A stretch of DNA of 64,000 bases, taken from Candidatus Woesearchaeota archaeon. GTDB lineage: Archaea; Nanobdellota; Nanobdellia; Woesearchaeales; ARS49. The DNA lies in contig JAHWHZ010000001.1 in assembly GCA_019322895.1 (NCBI GenBank), forward strand, positions 266,220-330,219. The letters are read 5' to 3'. Under the pieces are notes generated by a model. That model searched no databases. It was not told the origin of the DNA and worked only from the letters and a program-made list of their open reading frames with translations. Made by a program: the position numbers and the translations under genes. Below, in pieces: positions 8,476 through 18,651 of this stretch (within the stretch, counting starts at the first letter, position 1; each line of letters opens with the position of its first letter).

Positions 8476-10341
8476 ATGCATTTAAAAATTCAAATGAATC
8501 TTAAAGATATCTTTTTTCCTCATGAAGAAATCCGGCCGATACAGGATGAGCTGATAAAACAAGTCTTGTCAGCGATTAATAACAAACAGAAATTGATTGT
8601 GCACGCCCCCACAGGCCTAGGCAAGACTGCAGCAACAATCGCTCCTGTGCTGGCTGCCACGCAATCCAAAGATGTCACTATTTTTTTCCTTACATCAAGG
8701 CATACGCAGCACAAGATTGTGATAGATACTTTGAGAGAAATCAAGAAAAAATATTCCTTGAATTTTATTGCGTCATCTATAATCGGAAAAAAATGGATGT
8801 GTCTCATGCCAAACACTGCATCCATGCGGTCTTCTGATTTTTTTGAGTTCTGTAAGGTATTGCGTAAAGACAGCAAGTGCGAGTTTTACGCGAATTCCAA
8901 GAAAAAGGTTCTGTTTAATAAAGTCCTTGAAGACATCCAGGCAATCTCACCTATTGCAACTGAAAAAATTGTTGAAATCTGCAAAGAAAAAAAGATATGT
9001 CCGTACGAGGTCGCGATAAAGCTTGCATCAAAATCAAAGATAATCATCTGTGATTACAATATCTTGTTTAATCCAAGCATAAGAGATAATTTTTTCTCAA
9101 AAACAAACAAGGAGCTTGCAAGCGCAATACTTATAATTGATGAAGGTCACAATCTTCCTGCAAGAATGAGTGATCTGCTGACTCAAAGATTGTCCAGCAG
9201 GATGATACAAAGAGGAACAAAAGAAGCAAAAAAATACGGGTTTGAAGAGCTTGTCATGCCTTTGTTTGAATTGAATGCAATTTTAACAAGATTGACTCAA
9301 GGCATGGGCAGTGAAGAAGAAAAGCTCGTCTCAAAAGAAACTTTTATCTCGCAGGTAAATAACATAAAGAATTACGCTGAATTGAGTGAAGAGCTTCAGT
9401 CAGCAGGAGAAGCTGTACTTGAAGAGCAGAAAAGAAGCGCATTGACTGCTGTCGCAAACTTCTTAGACAATTGGCCAAACGGGGATGTCGGTTTTTGCAG
9501 GAGCATATCAAACCAAGAGAAGAACATACTCCTGAATCACCGCTGCCTTGATCCTTCGCTGATCACAAAAGATGTTATTGATGCTGCATTCTCAACAATA
9601 ATGATGTCAGGAACATTATCTCCTGCAAATATGTATGCAGATCTGCTGGGCTTTCCTGAAGATACTATAAAAAAAGAGTTTCCTTCGCCTTTTCCAGAAA
9701 AGAATAGGCTAACACTGATTGTTCCAAAGACCACCACTAAGTTTACGCAGAGAAGCGATGCGCAGTTCAGTGCAATCGGCAAAGTGTGCAGCGACATCAT
9801 AAAAAATATCCCTGGAAATTCCGCGATTTACTTTCCAAGCTATCATCTCCGCGACGAAATTGCCAAGTTTTTTGAGCCAGAATGCGAAAAGACAATATTT
9901 TATGAGCAGCCTAAACTGACTAAAGAAGAAAAACAGGACTTGCTTAACAAATTCAGCAGCCACAAGAATGCAGTTCTTTTAGGTGTTGCTTCTGGCTCTT
10001 TTGGAGAAGGCATTGATTTGCCTGGCGTACTGAAGTGTGTCATAGTGGTCGGTCTTCCATTAGACAGGCCAGACCTTGAGACAAAAGAATTAATCAAGTA
10101 TTATGACAAGAAGTTCGGCAAAGGCTGGGACTATGGATATGTGATGCCTGCCTTGACAAGGACCATGCAGAATGCAGGAAGATGCATAAGAAGCAGCTCT
10201 GACAGGGGCGTCATCGTCTTTCTTGACCAAAGATATACCTGGCCAAATTATTTCAAGTGCTTTCCTTCTGACTGGAAATTAAGAATTACTTTGGATTATA
10301 TTTCTGAAATCAGGAGATTCTTTGAAAATCAAAAAGTTTAA
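8476..10341 (+). CDS. xpd: XPD/Rad3-family 5'-3' DNA helicase (FeS-cluster helicase)
   Basis: Walker A HAPTGLGKTAA, DEAH box IIDEGHNL, and four Cys consistent with the FeS domain. The track ORF starts at TTG 8377; the first ATG is at 8476. Confidence 0.8.
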   Translation: MHLKIQMNLKDIFFPHEEIRPIQDELIKQVLSAINNKQKLIVHAPTGLGKTAATIAPVLAATQSKDVTIFFLTSRHTQHKIVIDTLREIKKKYSLNFIASSIIGKKWMCLMPNTASMRSSDFFEFCKVLRKDSKCEFYANSKKKVLFNKVLEDIQAISPIATEKIVEICKEKKICPYEVAIKLASKSKIIICDYNILFNPSIRDNFFSKTNKELASAILIIDEGHNLPARMSDLLTQRLSSRMIQRGTKEAKKYGFEELVMPLFELNAILTRLTQGMGSEEEKLVSKETFISQVNNIKNYAELSEELQSAGEAVLEEQKRSALTAVANFLDNWPNGDVGFCRSISNQEKNILLNHRCLDPSLITKDVIDAAFSTIMMSGTLSPANMYADLLGFPEDTIKKEFPSPFPEKNRLTLIVPKTTTKFTQRSDAQFSAIGKVCSDIIKNIPGNSAIYFPSYHLRDEIAKFFEPECEKTIFYEQPKLTKEEKQDLLNKFSSHKNAVLLGVASGSFGEGIDLPGVLKCVIVVGLPLDRPDLETKELIKYYDKKFGKGWDYGYVMPALTRTMQNAGRCIRSSSDRGVIVFLDQRYTWPNYFKCFPSDWKLRITLDYISEIRRFFENQKV

Positions 10342-10366
10342 ATAGAAAACAAGGAAAACCAGCACT

Positions 10367-10747
10367 ATGGCAAAAAAAGAAAAAGGAACTATATTTGACG
10401 AACCTAAAGAAGACCCTAAAGAAGTGGGAGTAAAAGACGGTTTCTTGCCTCCTGAAGAGCATGAAGAGACCTCTGACAAGTTTGATGAGGAAATGGACAC
10501 TGGCGAAAGGGACGAGGATGTTTACACAGAAGAAGGCAGGGAAGAATTGCTGGAAGATGATGAAGTTTCTGATACAGAGCAGGCCTGGACAGAAGGTGCA
10601 GAAGGCAGAGGCCACAAGGGCGTCTGCGCTCACTGCGGCAAGCCTTTGAGCCAGGAAGAAGATGAAGTGACTGAAAGAAAGATCGACGGCGAGCTGGTCT
10701 GGTTCTGCTGCGACAAGTGCGCAAAGAAAGGTCCTAAGAAAAAGTAA
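10367..10747 (+). CDS. Acidic protein with C-terminal zinc ribbon
   Basis: Asp/Glu-rich N-terminal two-thirds, then CAHCGKP...WFCCDKCAKKG. Confidence 0.45.
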   Translation: MAKKEKGTIFDEPKEDPKEVGVKDGFLPPEEHEETSDKFDEEMDTGERDEDVYTEEGREELLEDDEVSDTEQAWTEGAEGRGHKGVCAHCGKPLSQEEDEVTERKIDGELVWFCCDKCAKKGPKKK

Positions 10748-10748
10748 T

Positions 10749-11870
10749 ATGTTAAAGAAAATCCAGGAAGATTCTTGTTTTTTCTATGCGCCAGTTGGAA
10801 AAATATCTAAAGCACTTCCAGTATTCTATAATCCTGACATGGCCTTGAACAGGGATATTTCTATTCTTTTGCTCAGCAGCGTGTCAAATAAAAACTTAAG
10901 AATACTTGACTTGCTGGCTGGCTCTGGCATAAGAAGCCTGAGATTTATTGCAGGCCTGAAAAAAGGAAAAATAAAGGAATTGACTGTGAATGACAGCAGC
11001 AAAAAAGCAGTTGAAACAATAAAAAAGAATCTTTCAATCAAAAGAAATCCCAATCCAAACAAGATCAAGCCAGATATACTTAACAAGGATGCAAATGAAT
11101 TATTAATTTTTAGCGAGGGTTTTGATTATATTGATATCGATCCTTTTGGTTCTCCTAATCCTTTTCTAGATAATGCAGTCAAAAGATTGTCTAGAGATGG
11201 CATTCTTGCAGTTACTGCCACTGATACCAGTGCATTGTCTGGAAGCTTCATCAATGCCTGCCAGAGAAAATATTGGGCAACTCCTTTAAAGAATTATATG
11301 ATGCACGAAACAGGGATAAGGATTCTGATAAGGAAAGTGCAATTAGTGGCTGCCCAGTATGATAAATCACTGGTTCCGATTTTCTCGCATTCAACAAGGC
11401 ATTATCTGCGTGTTTATTTCAGGTGCAGCAGGGGAAAAATAAAAGCAGACAAAATATTAAGCAGTCATAAGTATCTGCTTTTTTGCAAGAACTGCCTGAC
11501 TGTCAAGACTTCAAAGCAAAACAAGGATATTTGCTGCAAAAAAAAGATGATTTGGGCAGGTCCTGTCTGGACAGGACAATTATGGGACAAAAGACTGGCA
11601 AGCAGGATGCTGAAAAAAGCAGACAAAAGCAACAAGGACTTGTTTAAATTGCTGGATATAATCAGCAAAGAAAGCAGGATAAGCCAGGTTGGCTTTTACA
11701 GCATACCTGTTATCTGCAAAAAATTAAGAAAAAGCCTTCCAAAACAAGAATTGATTCTTGAAAAGATTAAAAAAGCAGGCTATAACGCTGCACAGACGCA
11801 TTTCTTGCTTGATGGCATAAGAAGCAATATTGAAATAAATAAATTAAAAAAAATAATCAAGTCTATTTGA
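10749..11870 (+). CDS. trm1: tRNA (guanine26-N2)-dimethyltransferase Trm1
   Basis: N-terminal FYNPDMALNRDISILLL and the SAM-binding LDLLAGSGIRSLRF match archaeal Trm1. Confidence 0.8.
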   Translation: MLKKIQEDSCFFYAPVGKISKALPVFYNPDMALNRDISILLLSSVSNKNLRILDLLAGSGIRSLRFIAGLKKGKIKELTVNDSSKKAVETIKKNLSIKRNPNPNKIKPDILNKDANELLIFSEGFDYIDIDPFGSPNPFLDNAVKRLSRDGILAVTATDTSALSGSFINACQRKYWATPLKNYMMHETGIRILIRKVQLVAAQYDKSLVPIFSHSTRHYLRVYFRCSRGKIKADKILSSHKYLLFCKNCLTVKTSKQNKDICCKKKMIWAGPVWTGQLWDKRLASRMLKKADKSNKDLFKLLDIISKESRISQVGFYSIPVICKKLRKSLPKQELILEKIKKAGYNAAQTHFLLDGIRSNIEINKLKKIIKSI

Positions 11871-12810
11871 CGTTCTTTTCAAGCTCTAGAATCTCTACCT
11901 CAATATTCATCAGTTCTTGCGGCAGGTAATTTGTTCTTCTTATGATGAATTCATCTGCTCTTATTTCAAGAACTTCAAATTCAAAAGTGGCTCCTTGTTT
12001 TTCGCCTGCTGTTAATTTCTGCTTCAGCAGCTTGCCTTGCTCAGGCATGTGCTCAAAATACAGGCGGCTCATTGTCACGTTTTTCATCTCTGCGGTTCCA
12101 TACGGCGTGTCAAAAACAAGGCCTGTTTTTGGGTTCTGGACAAACTCTATGACTTTCTCAGATGCTCTTAGTGCTTTTGATTTCCATTCCTGTCCTGGAA
12201 TGAAGAAGTCTTCTCCTGGTCTAACCATTGCCTGGGTTACAATATACTTCTCAGTTATATTGATTATCTTAAGCGGCCATGGATATAAATCGATGTTTGA
12301 GATTATGTTGTCCACTTTTGCAATTTCTTTGAAATTCTGTTCATATTCTTCTTTTGTGAATGGCTTGATTCTTGGATACAATATCCTTCTTGGCTTGTCT
12401 TCTGCAATAGGTATGCTTAATGTAAGCACTTGCTCTATTGGTTTTATTATGATTGTTTTTTTCTCGCCAAGCTTCAGGCCCTCTATTGCCTGGTCAAAAG
12501 TAGGTATCTTATTGCTCTGGCCGAGAATGAATTTGAACGGCCCTTTGACATAGGTTTTAAGGCCTGCTTCTTTTGCAAGCTCCTCATCATTAGTATCAAC
12601 AACCTTTCCATTATCCAGTCTTAAGATATAATTTATTGTTACAAGGTCTCCTTTCTCTGCAATGTTTGTTTTGTCAAGTTCTGTCATGTTTGCCGCAGGT
12701 TCTTCTTTTTTTCCTGGAGGCAGCAAGACCAAGGCAGCAATGATCAATATAGCAGCCAGAACTGCCCATTTGATATATTTCTTTTTAGATTTAGGTTTTT
12801 TCTTAGCCAT
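11863..12810 (-). CDS. Membrane-anchored FKBP-type peptidyl-prolyl cis-trans isomerase
   Basis: N-terminal TM helix, then FKBP domain (GDLVTINYILRLDNGKVVDTNDEE...FKFILGQSNKIPTFDQAIEGLKLGEK) plus a C-terminal extension. Confidence 0.7.
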   Translation of the reverse strand: MAKKKPKSKKKYIKWAVLAAILIIAALVLLPPGKKEEPAANMTELDKTNIAEKGDLVTINYILRLDNGKVVDTNDEELAKEAGLKTYVKGPFKFILGQSNKIPTFDQAIEGLKLGEKKTIIIKPIEQVLTLSIPIAEDKPRRILYPRIKPFTKEEYEQNFKEIAKVDNIISNIDLYPWPLKIINITEKYIVTQAMVRPGEDFFIPGQEWKSKALRASEKVIEFVQNPKTGLVFDTPYGTAEMKNVTMSRLYFEHMPEQGKLLKQKLTAGEKQGATFEFEVLEIRADEFIIRRTNYLPQELMNIEVEILELEKNVK

Positions 12811-12822
12811 TTTTCACCCCAC

Positions 12823-13101
12823 CTAGCCGAGTGCTCTTGAAACCATCGTTACCTGTGCAGATTTTATTCCTTCAAGTTTTTCAATTGCTTCTGCAACAGG
12901 GTCTGGACTTCCTTTTGATTCATCAACAGAAAAACGCAGGACAAGTGCCTTTAATCCAAAACCAACAGGCTCTACTTCTGGCTCTCCGCTGATCTTTCCT
13001 TCAAAATCAGTGATTATCTTTTCTGCTTCTGCCCGAACTTTGTCAAGATTTATTTCAGGGCTTTCAGGCATTATTTTTAGTGTGACTATTACAACTGCCA
13101 T
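12823..13101 (-). CDS. ef1b: Translation elongation factor aEF-1 beta
   Basis: MAVVIVTLKIMPESPEINLDKV...GFGLKALVLRFSVDE matches the aEF-1beta family. Start re-set to ATG (MAVV). Confidence 0.8.
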   Translation of the reverse strand: MAVVIVTLKIMPESPEINLDKVRAEAEKIITDFEGKISGEPEVEPVGFGLKALVLRFSVDESKGSPDPVAEAIEKLEGIKSAQVTMVSRALG

Positions 13102-13102
13102 T

Positions 13103-13273
13103 TTAATTAGGGCCCTCAAAACCGCATTCAGGGCATTTGTATTTTGCAGCAATCTCTCTGCAGTGCCTGCATCGGATTATCTGGGTTTTCTTGCATTTAG
13201 GGCATAAAAATTTTACAGCTCCTGCTGTTGAAGTTACTCTTGTTTTGCAAGATGTGCATTTTTGTTCTTCCAT
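13103..13273 (-). CDS. Small Zn-ribbon protein (COG2888-like; conserved partner of aEF-1beta); below the ORF-track size cutoff
   Basis: 56-aa ORF MEEQKCTSCKTRVTSTAGAVKFLCPKCKKTQIIRCRHCREIAAKYKCPECGFEGPN with two CxxC pairs, immediately upstream of ef1b in the conserved archaeal arrangement. Confidence 0.6.
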   Translation of the reverse strand: MEEQKCTSCKTRVTSTAGAVKFLCPKCKKTQIIRCRHCREIAAKYKCPECGFEGPN

Positions 13274-13403
13274 GGTTATCTCCAGCTTTGCATATTTTGA
13301 GTCAGCTTAAAAATCTTGCGGTTTTTTAAGGGCAAAAACAAAAAATGCACTATTCTATAGGAATAACAAAAGTATATAAATAGAACACATAAGTAGAATA
13401 TTA

Positions 13404-15770
13404 ATGTATTCGAGAAACAAAGAGAATAATAGAAAAAGCCAGCTTATTCTAAATCCTGCGTTTTTTGCAATATTTGGCTCAAAAAAAACAAAAGAGTCGC
13501 TTAAGGAAAAAGAAAAAAAGCTGGAATTGATCAAGCAAGGGCTCAAGGCAAGGGCAAAAGACCTGATCAAGAGGGAAAAGCAGGTTGCTGCTGCAGAAAA
13601 AAAGGCTGCAAAACTGCTTGATGAGCAGGCAATCCTCAAATCCCAGATAAACACCCAAAAAGATCTTCTTAAGTCACTTAAAAAAGATTATGACACAAAA
13701 TTTGCAGAGATGCAGAAGGTGCATAAGACAGTCCAGACAAAGCACGGCAGGCTCAAGGCAGCTGAAAAAACAACGCAGTCTGCAATCAAAGAGCTTGAAA
13801 AAAAGGAGAAAGAAATAGTAAAAAGAGAGAAGTCCCTGCAGGAAAAAGAAAGCGAAGTAGCATCCAAAGAAAAAAAGATATCAAATCTGATTAAAAGAGC
13901 AGGCAAGCTTGAAGAAAAAAACAAGCTGGTTCAGGCAGAAATAGAGGCAAAAGAGCTCAGGCTCAAGGACCTGCAAAAAGAGCACCGTGAAAAATCTTCA
14001 GACATTGCCGCAGTACATAAGGATCTGCAGAAAAAGCAGGAAGAGCACAAAGATATTGATGCAAGCAAGCAAGATATTCTTAAGAAACTTGATGCAAAGC
14101 AAAAAGAGGTTGCTGAGCACGAGCGCTCCTTGAAAGAAAAAGAAAAAGAGACTGCAAAAAAAGAAAAACAGCTCGACAAAGCGCTTCGCAAGGCAAAAAA
14201 CCTTGAAGACAAGAATAAAGAGCTGGAATTAGATATTTCTGCGAAGCAGCTCCGCTTGTCAGCGCTTAAAAAAGAAATAAAAGAGCATGTCTCTAAGAGA
14301 GATGAAGAACTAAGAGGATTAAAAGCAGAGGCAGAAAAAGCATTCAAGATAAAGAAAAGAGACCTCGAGGCCCTGAAAAAAGAAGAAGCAATAGTCAGGA
14401 CCAAGAAAAAAGAATTGCATCATTTCATAGAGACCCAGAAAAATGCTATTGAAAAAGACATCCAGAAGTTTGATGCAAGAAAAAAGCAGATAGAGCATGC
14501 CAGGAAACTGCTTGATGCAAGAGAAAAGACAATTCATGAAAAAGACCTGAAAGTCAGGAAAAGAGCGACAGAAGCAGAGCATCTTGAAAGCCTGAAAAAA
14601 CAGATAAGCAAATCAATTGAGGACAAGAAAAGGCTTGCCAGTGAATTAAAAGAGCGCATAAAAGAGCAAAGCAAAAAACTGGAGCAATTGAAGAAAACAT
14701 CTATTGCCGTGCACAAGGAAGAAGTGAAGCTTGCAAAACAGAAACAAGATCTTGACAAGAAAAAGAGGAAGTTTGATGCTGCTGATAAAGAATTAAGAAG
14801 GCGCGAAAAGAAGTGGGCAGAGCATGATGCTGCATTAAAGCTTGCAGTCAACAGGCTGATTGATGAGAAAAAGAATCTTGAGACTGAGATAGACGCTAAA
14901 AAATCAGAGCTTGAAGAGATGCGCAAGGAATGGGACATTAAGGAAGCTGCGCTGAGAAGAGCCGCCCAGGAGATAAAAGCGCAAAAAGGGTCTGTCAAGG
15001 CGCTTGTTGAAAAAGATGTTTCTATATTATCTGAAAAAGAAAAAGAGCTTGTTAAAACTGTGAAGATGCTTGAAAAAGACAAGACAAGGCTCATGAAAGA
15101 AGAAAAGTCAGTCATTGCAAAAGTCAATAAGCTGGATAAGGCTACAAAGAAATTTGAAAGAGAGAAAAAAGATATTGCAGACAAGGAGCGCGTTGCTGCA
15201 AAGCTTCTGCGCTATGTTGAGACAGAAAAGAAAAAGCTTGAAAATCAGAAGCAGAAGATTGCAAGAGTCAAGGAGCTTAAGGAAAACCTGCCTGCTCTTG
15301 AAAGGCATTATTTCAAATTAGTGAAGCAGGCAAAGAAAGAAGAGGCCAAGTTAATGGGAGGCGCGCGCTTGGCAAGGCCTATCAAGAAAAGGCTTGCTAT
15401 GAAGGAAAGAGAGCTGAGGGCGCGTGAAAGAGGCATTGAAAAAGGTGTTGAGTTTCTTGAAGAAAGAGAACGAGAATTAGAAGACCTGCGGGCAATGAAA
15501 GAAGAGGCATTTGAAGACTACCTTGAGGCAGAAGTTAAAACAGCTAAAAGGATTGCGCCGGCTAGAAGAGAAAAATATCCAGAGATAAGAAAAAAGCTTG
15601 AGCAGGCAAGAAAAGGTATTCTTTCTGGTGATATTGATTCTGCAATAAGAAGGGTTGCTGAGGCCGAGGTATTGATGAATAAGTTCAAGCTTAAGGCAGA
15701 AGAAAGAAAACCATTTAGTTACGATTTAAGATATATCAAGGCAAGCATCAAATTAGCTGAGCTTGGTTGA
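13404..15770 (+). CDS. Large K/E-rich coiled-coil protein with internal ~95-aa repeats
   Basis: 788 aa, almost entirely heptad-like EK-rich sequence with no ATPase motifs. Internal duplicates (EKKEKEIVKREKSLQEKESE... and EKEKETAKKEKQLDKALRKAKNLEDKNKEL...) each end in ...LRL..L.KE.KEH. Confidence 0.5.
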   Translation: MYSRNKENNRKSQLILNPAFFAIFGSKKTKESLKEKEKKLELIKQGLKARAKDLIKREKQVAAAEKKAAKLLDEQAILKSQINTQKDLLKSLKKDYDTKFAEMQKVHKTVQTKHGRLKAAEKTTQSAIKELEKKEKEIVKREKSLQEKESEVASKEKKISNLIKRAGKLEEKNKLVQAEIEAKELRLKDLQKEHREKSSDIAAVHKDLQKKQEEHKDIDASKQDILKKLDAKQKEVAEHERSLKEKEKETAKKEKQLDKALRKAKNLEDKNKELELDISAKQLRLSALKKEIKEHVSKRDEELRGLKAEAEKAFKIKKRDLEALKKEEAIVRTKKKELHHFIETQKNAIEKDIQKFDARKKQIEHARKLLDAREKTIHEKDLKVRKRATEAEHLESLKKQISKSIEDKKRLASELKERIKEQSKKLEQLKKTSIAVHKEEVKLAKQKQDLDKKKRKFDAADKELRRREKKWAEHDAALKLAVNRLIDEKKNLETEIDAKKSELEEMRKEWDIKEAALRRAAQEIKAQKGSVKALVEKDVSILSEKEKELVKTVKMLEKDKTRLMKEEKSVIAKVNKLDKATKKFEREKKDIADKERVAAKLLRYVETEKKKLENQKQKIARVKELKENLPALERHYFKLVKQAKKEEAKLMGGARLARPIKKRLAMKERELRARERGIEKGVEFLEERERELEDLRAMKEEAFEDYLEAEVKTAKRIAPARREKYPEIRKKLEQARKGILSGDIDSAIRRVAEAEVLMNKFKLKAEERKPFSYDLRYIKASIKLAELG

Positions 15771-16853
15771 GATTATATTGTTCTTTTCATCTACTTTGAA
15801 TAATTTGCCGAGAAATTGTTCTACAACATAGATATTTGTTATTGTGTGCTGCGTAAGCTCAGATGCTTTGATAGTGCTTGGGCAAAAAAGAGCCATCCAA
15901 GGCATAAGATTGTCTGCAAGGTGCGAGTCAATAGGTGCTTTTGATTCTATTTGTTTTATCAGTGCTTTTGCTGCCTCTTCTCCCACTTTCTCGCTTGGCT
16001 TTCCTCTTTCTCCCAGTGAATCTGCGCCAAGTATTATTGGATTTATTAAATCCAGGTCTTCTTTTTGTTTTGAGAACAAGGCCCACAGCGTGATTCCTGA
16101 GCCAGGAGAGAAAGTGTCGCAGTATTCTGTCCGTATTGTCACAGGCACTTCATACTTGTTTAGCAGGAATCTTGCTGCTTTTGCCTGTCTCTCTGCCACT
16201 TGTGCATTTTCCAGGGATTTAGAGGCATGTGAAACGCCTCTTATCTGGATTAGATTATATTGTTCTGTTGTGTTTATGCCTTCTTGTTTTCTTATCTCTT
16301 CCAGGAATGTTTTGAAATCAGGATAATCTGCAAGCTTGAACTTCGGCTTTATTGTGATTTCTACTTCTCCGCCTCCTTTTGGGAAATAGCCTCTTCTGGT
16401 AAGCTTTACATCAATCTTTTCGCAGAATTTTCGTATGTGCGGGATAAACACTTCTTGAAAGTATTCTATTGGCATTGACCATTTGACGTTTGTCCCGCCT
16501 TTTAGCTTTAGCTTCACCTTCTTGTCTGCAAAAAAGCAAGGAAGCAGCAATGCCTGCATAAGCAGGCTTATGGAGCCTGCGGTTCCTATATCTATCTCAA
16601 TTGTTTTGCCTTGGATCTTTCCAGGTTCGTACTTTAAATCACTGGAACCAATCTCTGCACCTTCTGCTTTTGCATTGCACAGTTTTTCAAGTGCTTTTAT
16701 GCAAAAAAGGTGCTGCGGCTTTATTCCTGCATCTTTTCTTCCTACACGTATCTTGTCAACCTCAAAAGGAATCTGCGTTATTGTAGAAAAAGCAAGAGCA
16801 GTTCTTACTATCTGTCCGCCGCCTTCTTTATAGCTTCCATCTATATGTATCAT
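15753..16853 (-). CDS. rtcA: RNA 3'-terminal phosphate cyclase RtcA
   Basis: MIHIDGSYKEGGGQIVRTALAFSTITQIPFEVDKIRVGRKDAGIKPQHL matches the RtcA N-terminal signature. 366 aa. Confidence 0.85.
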   Translation of the reverse strand: MIHIDGSYKEGGGQIVRTALAFSTITQIPFEVDKIRVGRKDAGIKPQHLFCIKALEKLCNAKAEGAEIGSSDLKYEPGKIQGKTIEIDIGTAGSISLLMQALLLPCFFADKKVKLKLKGGTNVKWSMPIEYFQEVFIPHIRKFCEKIDVKLTRRGYFPKGGGEVEITIKPKFKLADYPDFKTFLEEIRKQEGINTTEQYNLIQIRGVSHASKSLENAQVAERQAKAARFLLNKYEVPVTIRTEYCDTFSPGSGITLWALFSKQKEDLDLINPIILGADSLGERGKPSEKVGEEAAKALIKQIESKAPIDSHLADNLMPWMALFCPSTIKASELTQHTITNIYVVEQFLGKLFKVDEKNNIISTKLS

Positions 16854-16893
16854 AAATTAGAAAAAAAAGAAGTCCAATATATAAAAATTTGTT

Positions 16894-17175
16894 TTAAATC
16901 TCTAGATTGTCCAGCTCTGCAAGTTCCTTGTCTAGGTTATCCAGGTCATTCAGGTCAAGGTCTGCAGTTATGTCATCAATCTCAACAACTTCGCTGTCAA
17001 CTGATGCGATATCTTGTTCTGCAGAAGTATCTTCAGCTACTGGCTCTTGTGGCGCAGCTTCAGGCTTTGTTTCTTTTGCTGGAATCTTTTCTGGTGCTTT
17101 TTCTTTTGGTGCACAAGCAACTACCAATAACATGGTCGCAAGCAGTATACCCAAAATCATCATGTTTCTTCTCAT
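16894..17175 (-). CDS. Small secreted acidic lipoprotein
   Basis: Signal peptide with lipobox VVACAP, then a D/E-rich tail. ATG at 17175 has SD AGGTGA 6 nt upstream; the track start is GTG at 17184. Confidence 0.45.
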   Translation of the reverse strand: MRRNMMILGILLATMLLVVACAPKEKAPEKIPAKETKPEAAPQEPVAEDTSAEQDIASVDSEVVEIDDITADLDLNDLDNLDKELAELDNLEI

Positions 17176-17249
17176 ATGTTTCACCTGCCCATTGTTTTTG
17201 CAAATTACTATTTAAAGCTTTCTTTAAAGAAAATAAAAAAAGAAGAAAT

Positions 17250-18401
17250 TTATTCTTCTGTTACGTTTACATCCTCGTAAACTGCTTCTGGAGTTGGCTC
17301 TACTTCTTCTCCTGCTTCTGCTTCTTCTGAATCGGTCGCAGCTTCTTCTGTCTCTTCACCAGTTTCCTCAGCTTCCTCTACTGCAGGCTCTTCAGCTTCA
17401 TCTTCTGATGATGCTAGAGCTTCTGATCCGCCTTTTATTGCCTTGATAGCCCGCACAATCTCCTTAAGAGTTTTGTGTGTTTCTCTCAGTGCCTGATGTG
17501 CTTCTTTAGTTGCTTCAACTGCTTCCTGGATTTTGTTTTCCTGGTACAGTTGTCTTGCCTTGTCTCTTGCTTCTTTCGCTTTTTCTAGCTCTGCATCAAA
17601 GTCATCTAATAGCGGCGTGATTTGGGATGTGTCTTTTCCAGCATTATCCAGCCTCTCAACGATCTTATGAAGCTTTCTTTTAAGATTGCCAAGGCGAACG
17701 CTTATTGCATGGATTTTTCCGTTTGCAACGCGGCCAACACCTTTCTTGATTGTGTGCCTAAGCTCTTTCCAGGACTCCTTGATTATTTTAGCAGCTTCAA
17801 CATAGTCTTCTTTTGTGCTGTTTTCATCAAGACCCTCTATTGTTTCAAGAGCGCCTGCAATCTCTTCTGCTTTTTCATCAAGGTCTGATAAGAGTTCAGA
17901 TTTCTGTTCTTCATCCAGGTTTGAATTCTCAACTCTTTCCTTTGTCTTGGAAATCATAGCAAGAACATGCTCTGCAATATTTATCAGATATCTTTTTGTC
18001 TGTGTTCTTGTATCTTTTCTCAGTTCCTTACAATCTTCTGTCTCGCTGTCTTTGCATGCAGCAAGTCTTTCTTTTCTTTCTTGTATTTTTTGCCTTGCCT
18101 CTTGATGATTTGCCTTTACTTCAACTCTCTTTTCTTTGGCTTTAGCAAGACGCTCGCGCATTATTTCTTTGTTCTTCTTGTATTTCTCCCTTGCGACAGT
18201 GTATCGCTCTCTCAGATTCTTTGCTTTTTCTTTTACAGCATCTACTTTCATCTGCCTAGCTTCCTTGCTTTTGGCTTTATATAGTGTTGGTGTTGGAGTT
18301 GTTTCATTATCTCCTGTGTTGTCGAGTTCTACAGCAAATGCCGCAGGCACAAGACTTACTAAAAAAATGGCCATCATGAACAAACACATTATTTTTTTCA
18401 T
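17250..18401 (-). CDS. Secreted coiled-coil protein with acidic C-terminus
   Basis: Signal peptide, K/E/R-rich helical repeats, and a C-terminal EEAEE tail. SD GGGAGG lies upstream of the ATG. Confidence 0.45.
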   Translation of the reverse strand: MKKIMCLFMMAIFLVSLVPAAFAVELDNTGDNETTPTPTLYKAKSKEARQMKVDAVKEKAKNLRERYTVAREKYKKNKEIMRERLAKAKEKRVEVKANHQEARQKIQERKERLAACKDSETEDCKELRKDTRTQTKRYLINIAEHVLAMISKTKERVENSNLDEEQKSELLSDLDEKAEEIAGALETIEGLDENSTKEDYVEAAKIIKESWKELRHTIKKGVGRVANGKIHAISVRLGNLKRKLHKIVERLDNAGKDTSQITPLLDDFDAELEKAKEARDKARQLYQENKIQEAVEATKEAHQALRETHKTLKEIVRAIKAIKGGSEALASSEDEAEEPAVEEAEETGEETEEAATDSEEAEAGEEVEPTPEAVYEDVNVTEE

Positions 18402-18651
18402 TTTTGCCTCCCAAACACATCAGCCATCTAAAAAATAAAAAATTAGTGCGCAGGCAGCTCGCCTCTCGCACCAATAAAGATAGCCATTTTTTGTGTTTGT
18501 AAGGATTATATGGTGTATTTTCTTTATAAAGACTCTTTTTCAGGCCTTAAATTAAAGCTTTATTTGAGCGTTTAAAACTTTATGAAGGTCTAAACGGCCT
18601 TTTCTTACTTTACGCAAGGTTTTTAAAGTGCCAGCATCTATTCTTCGAAAT

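Noticed and set aside
13688-15308. Multiple long antisense ORFs (78-216 aa) opposite the coiled-coil gene
   Set aside because: Low-complexity Ser/Phe/Leu-rich translations typical of the reverse strand of GAA/AAG-rich coding DNA, with no starts supported by promoter or SD.
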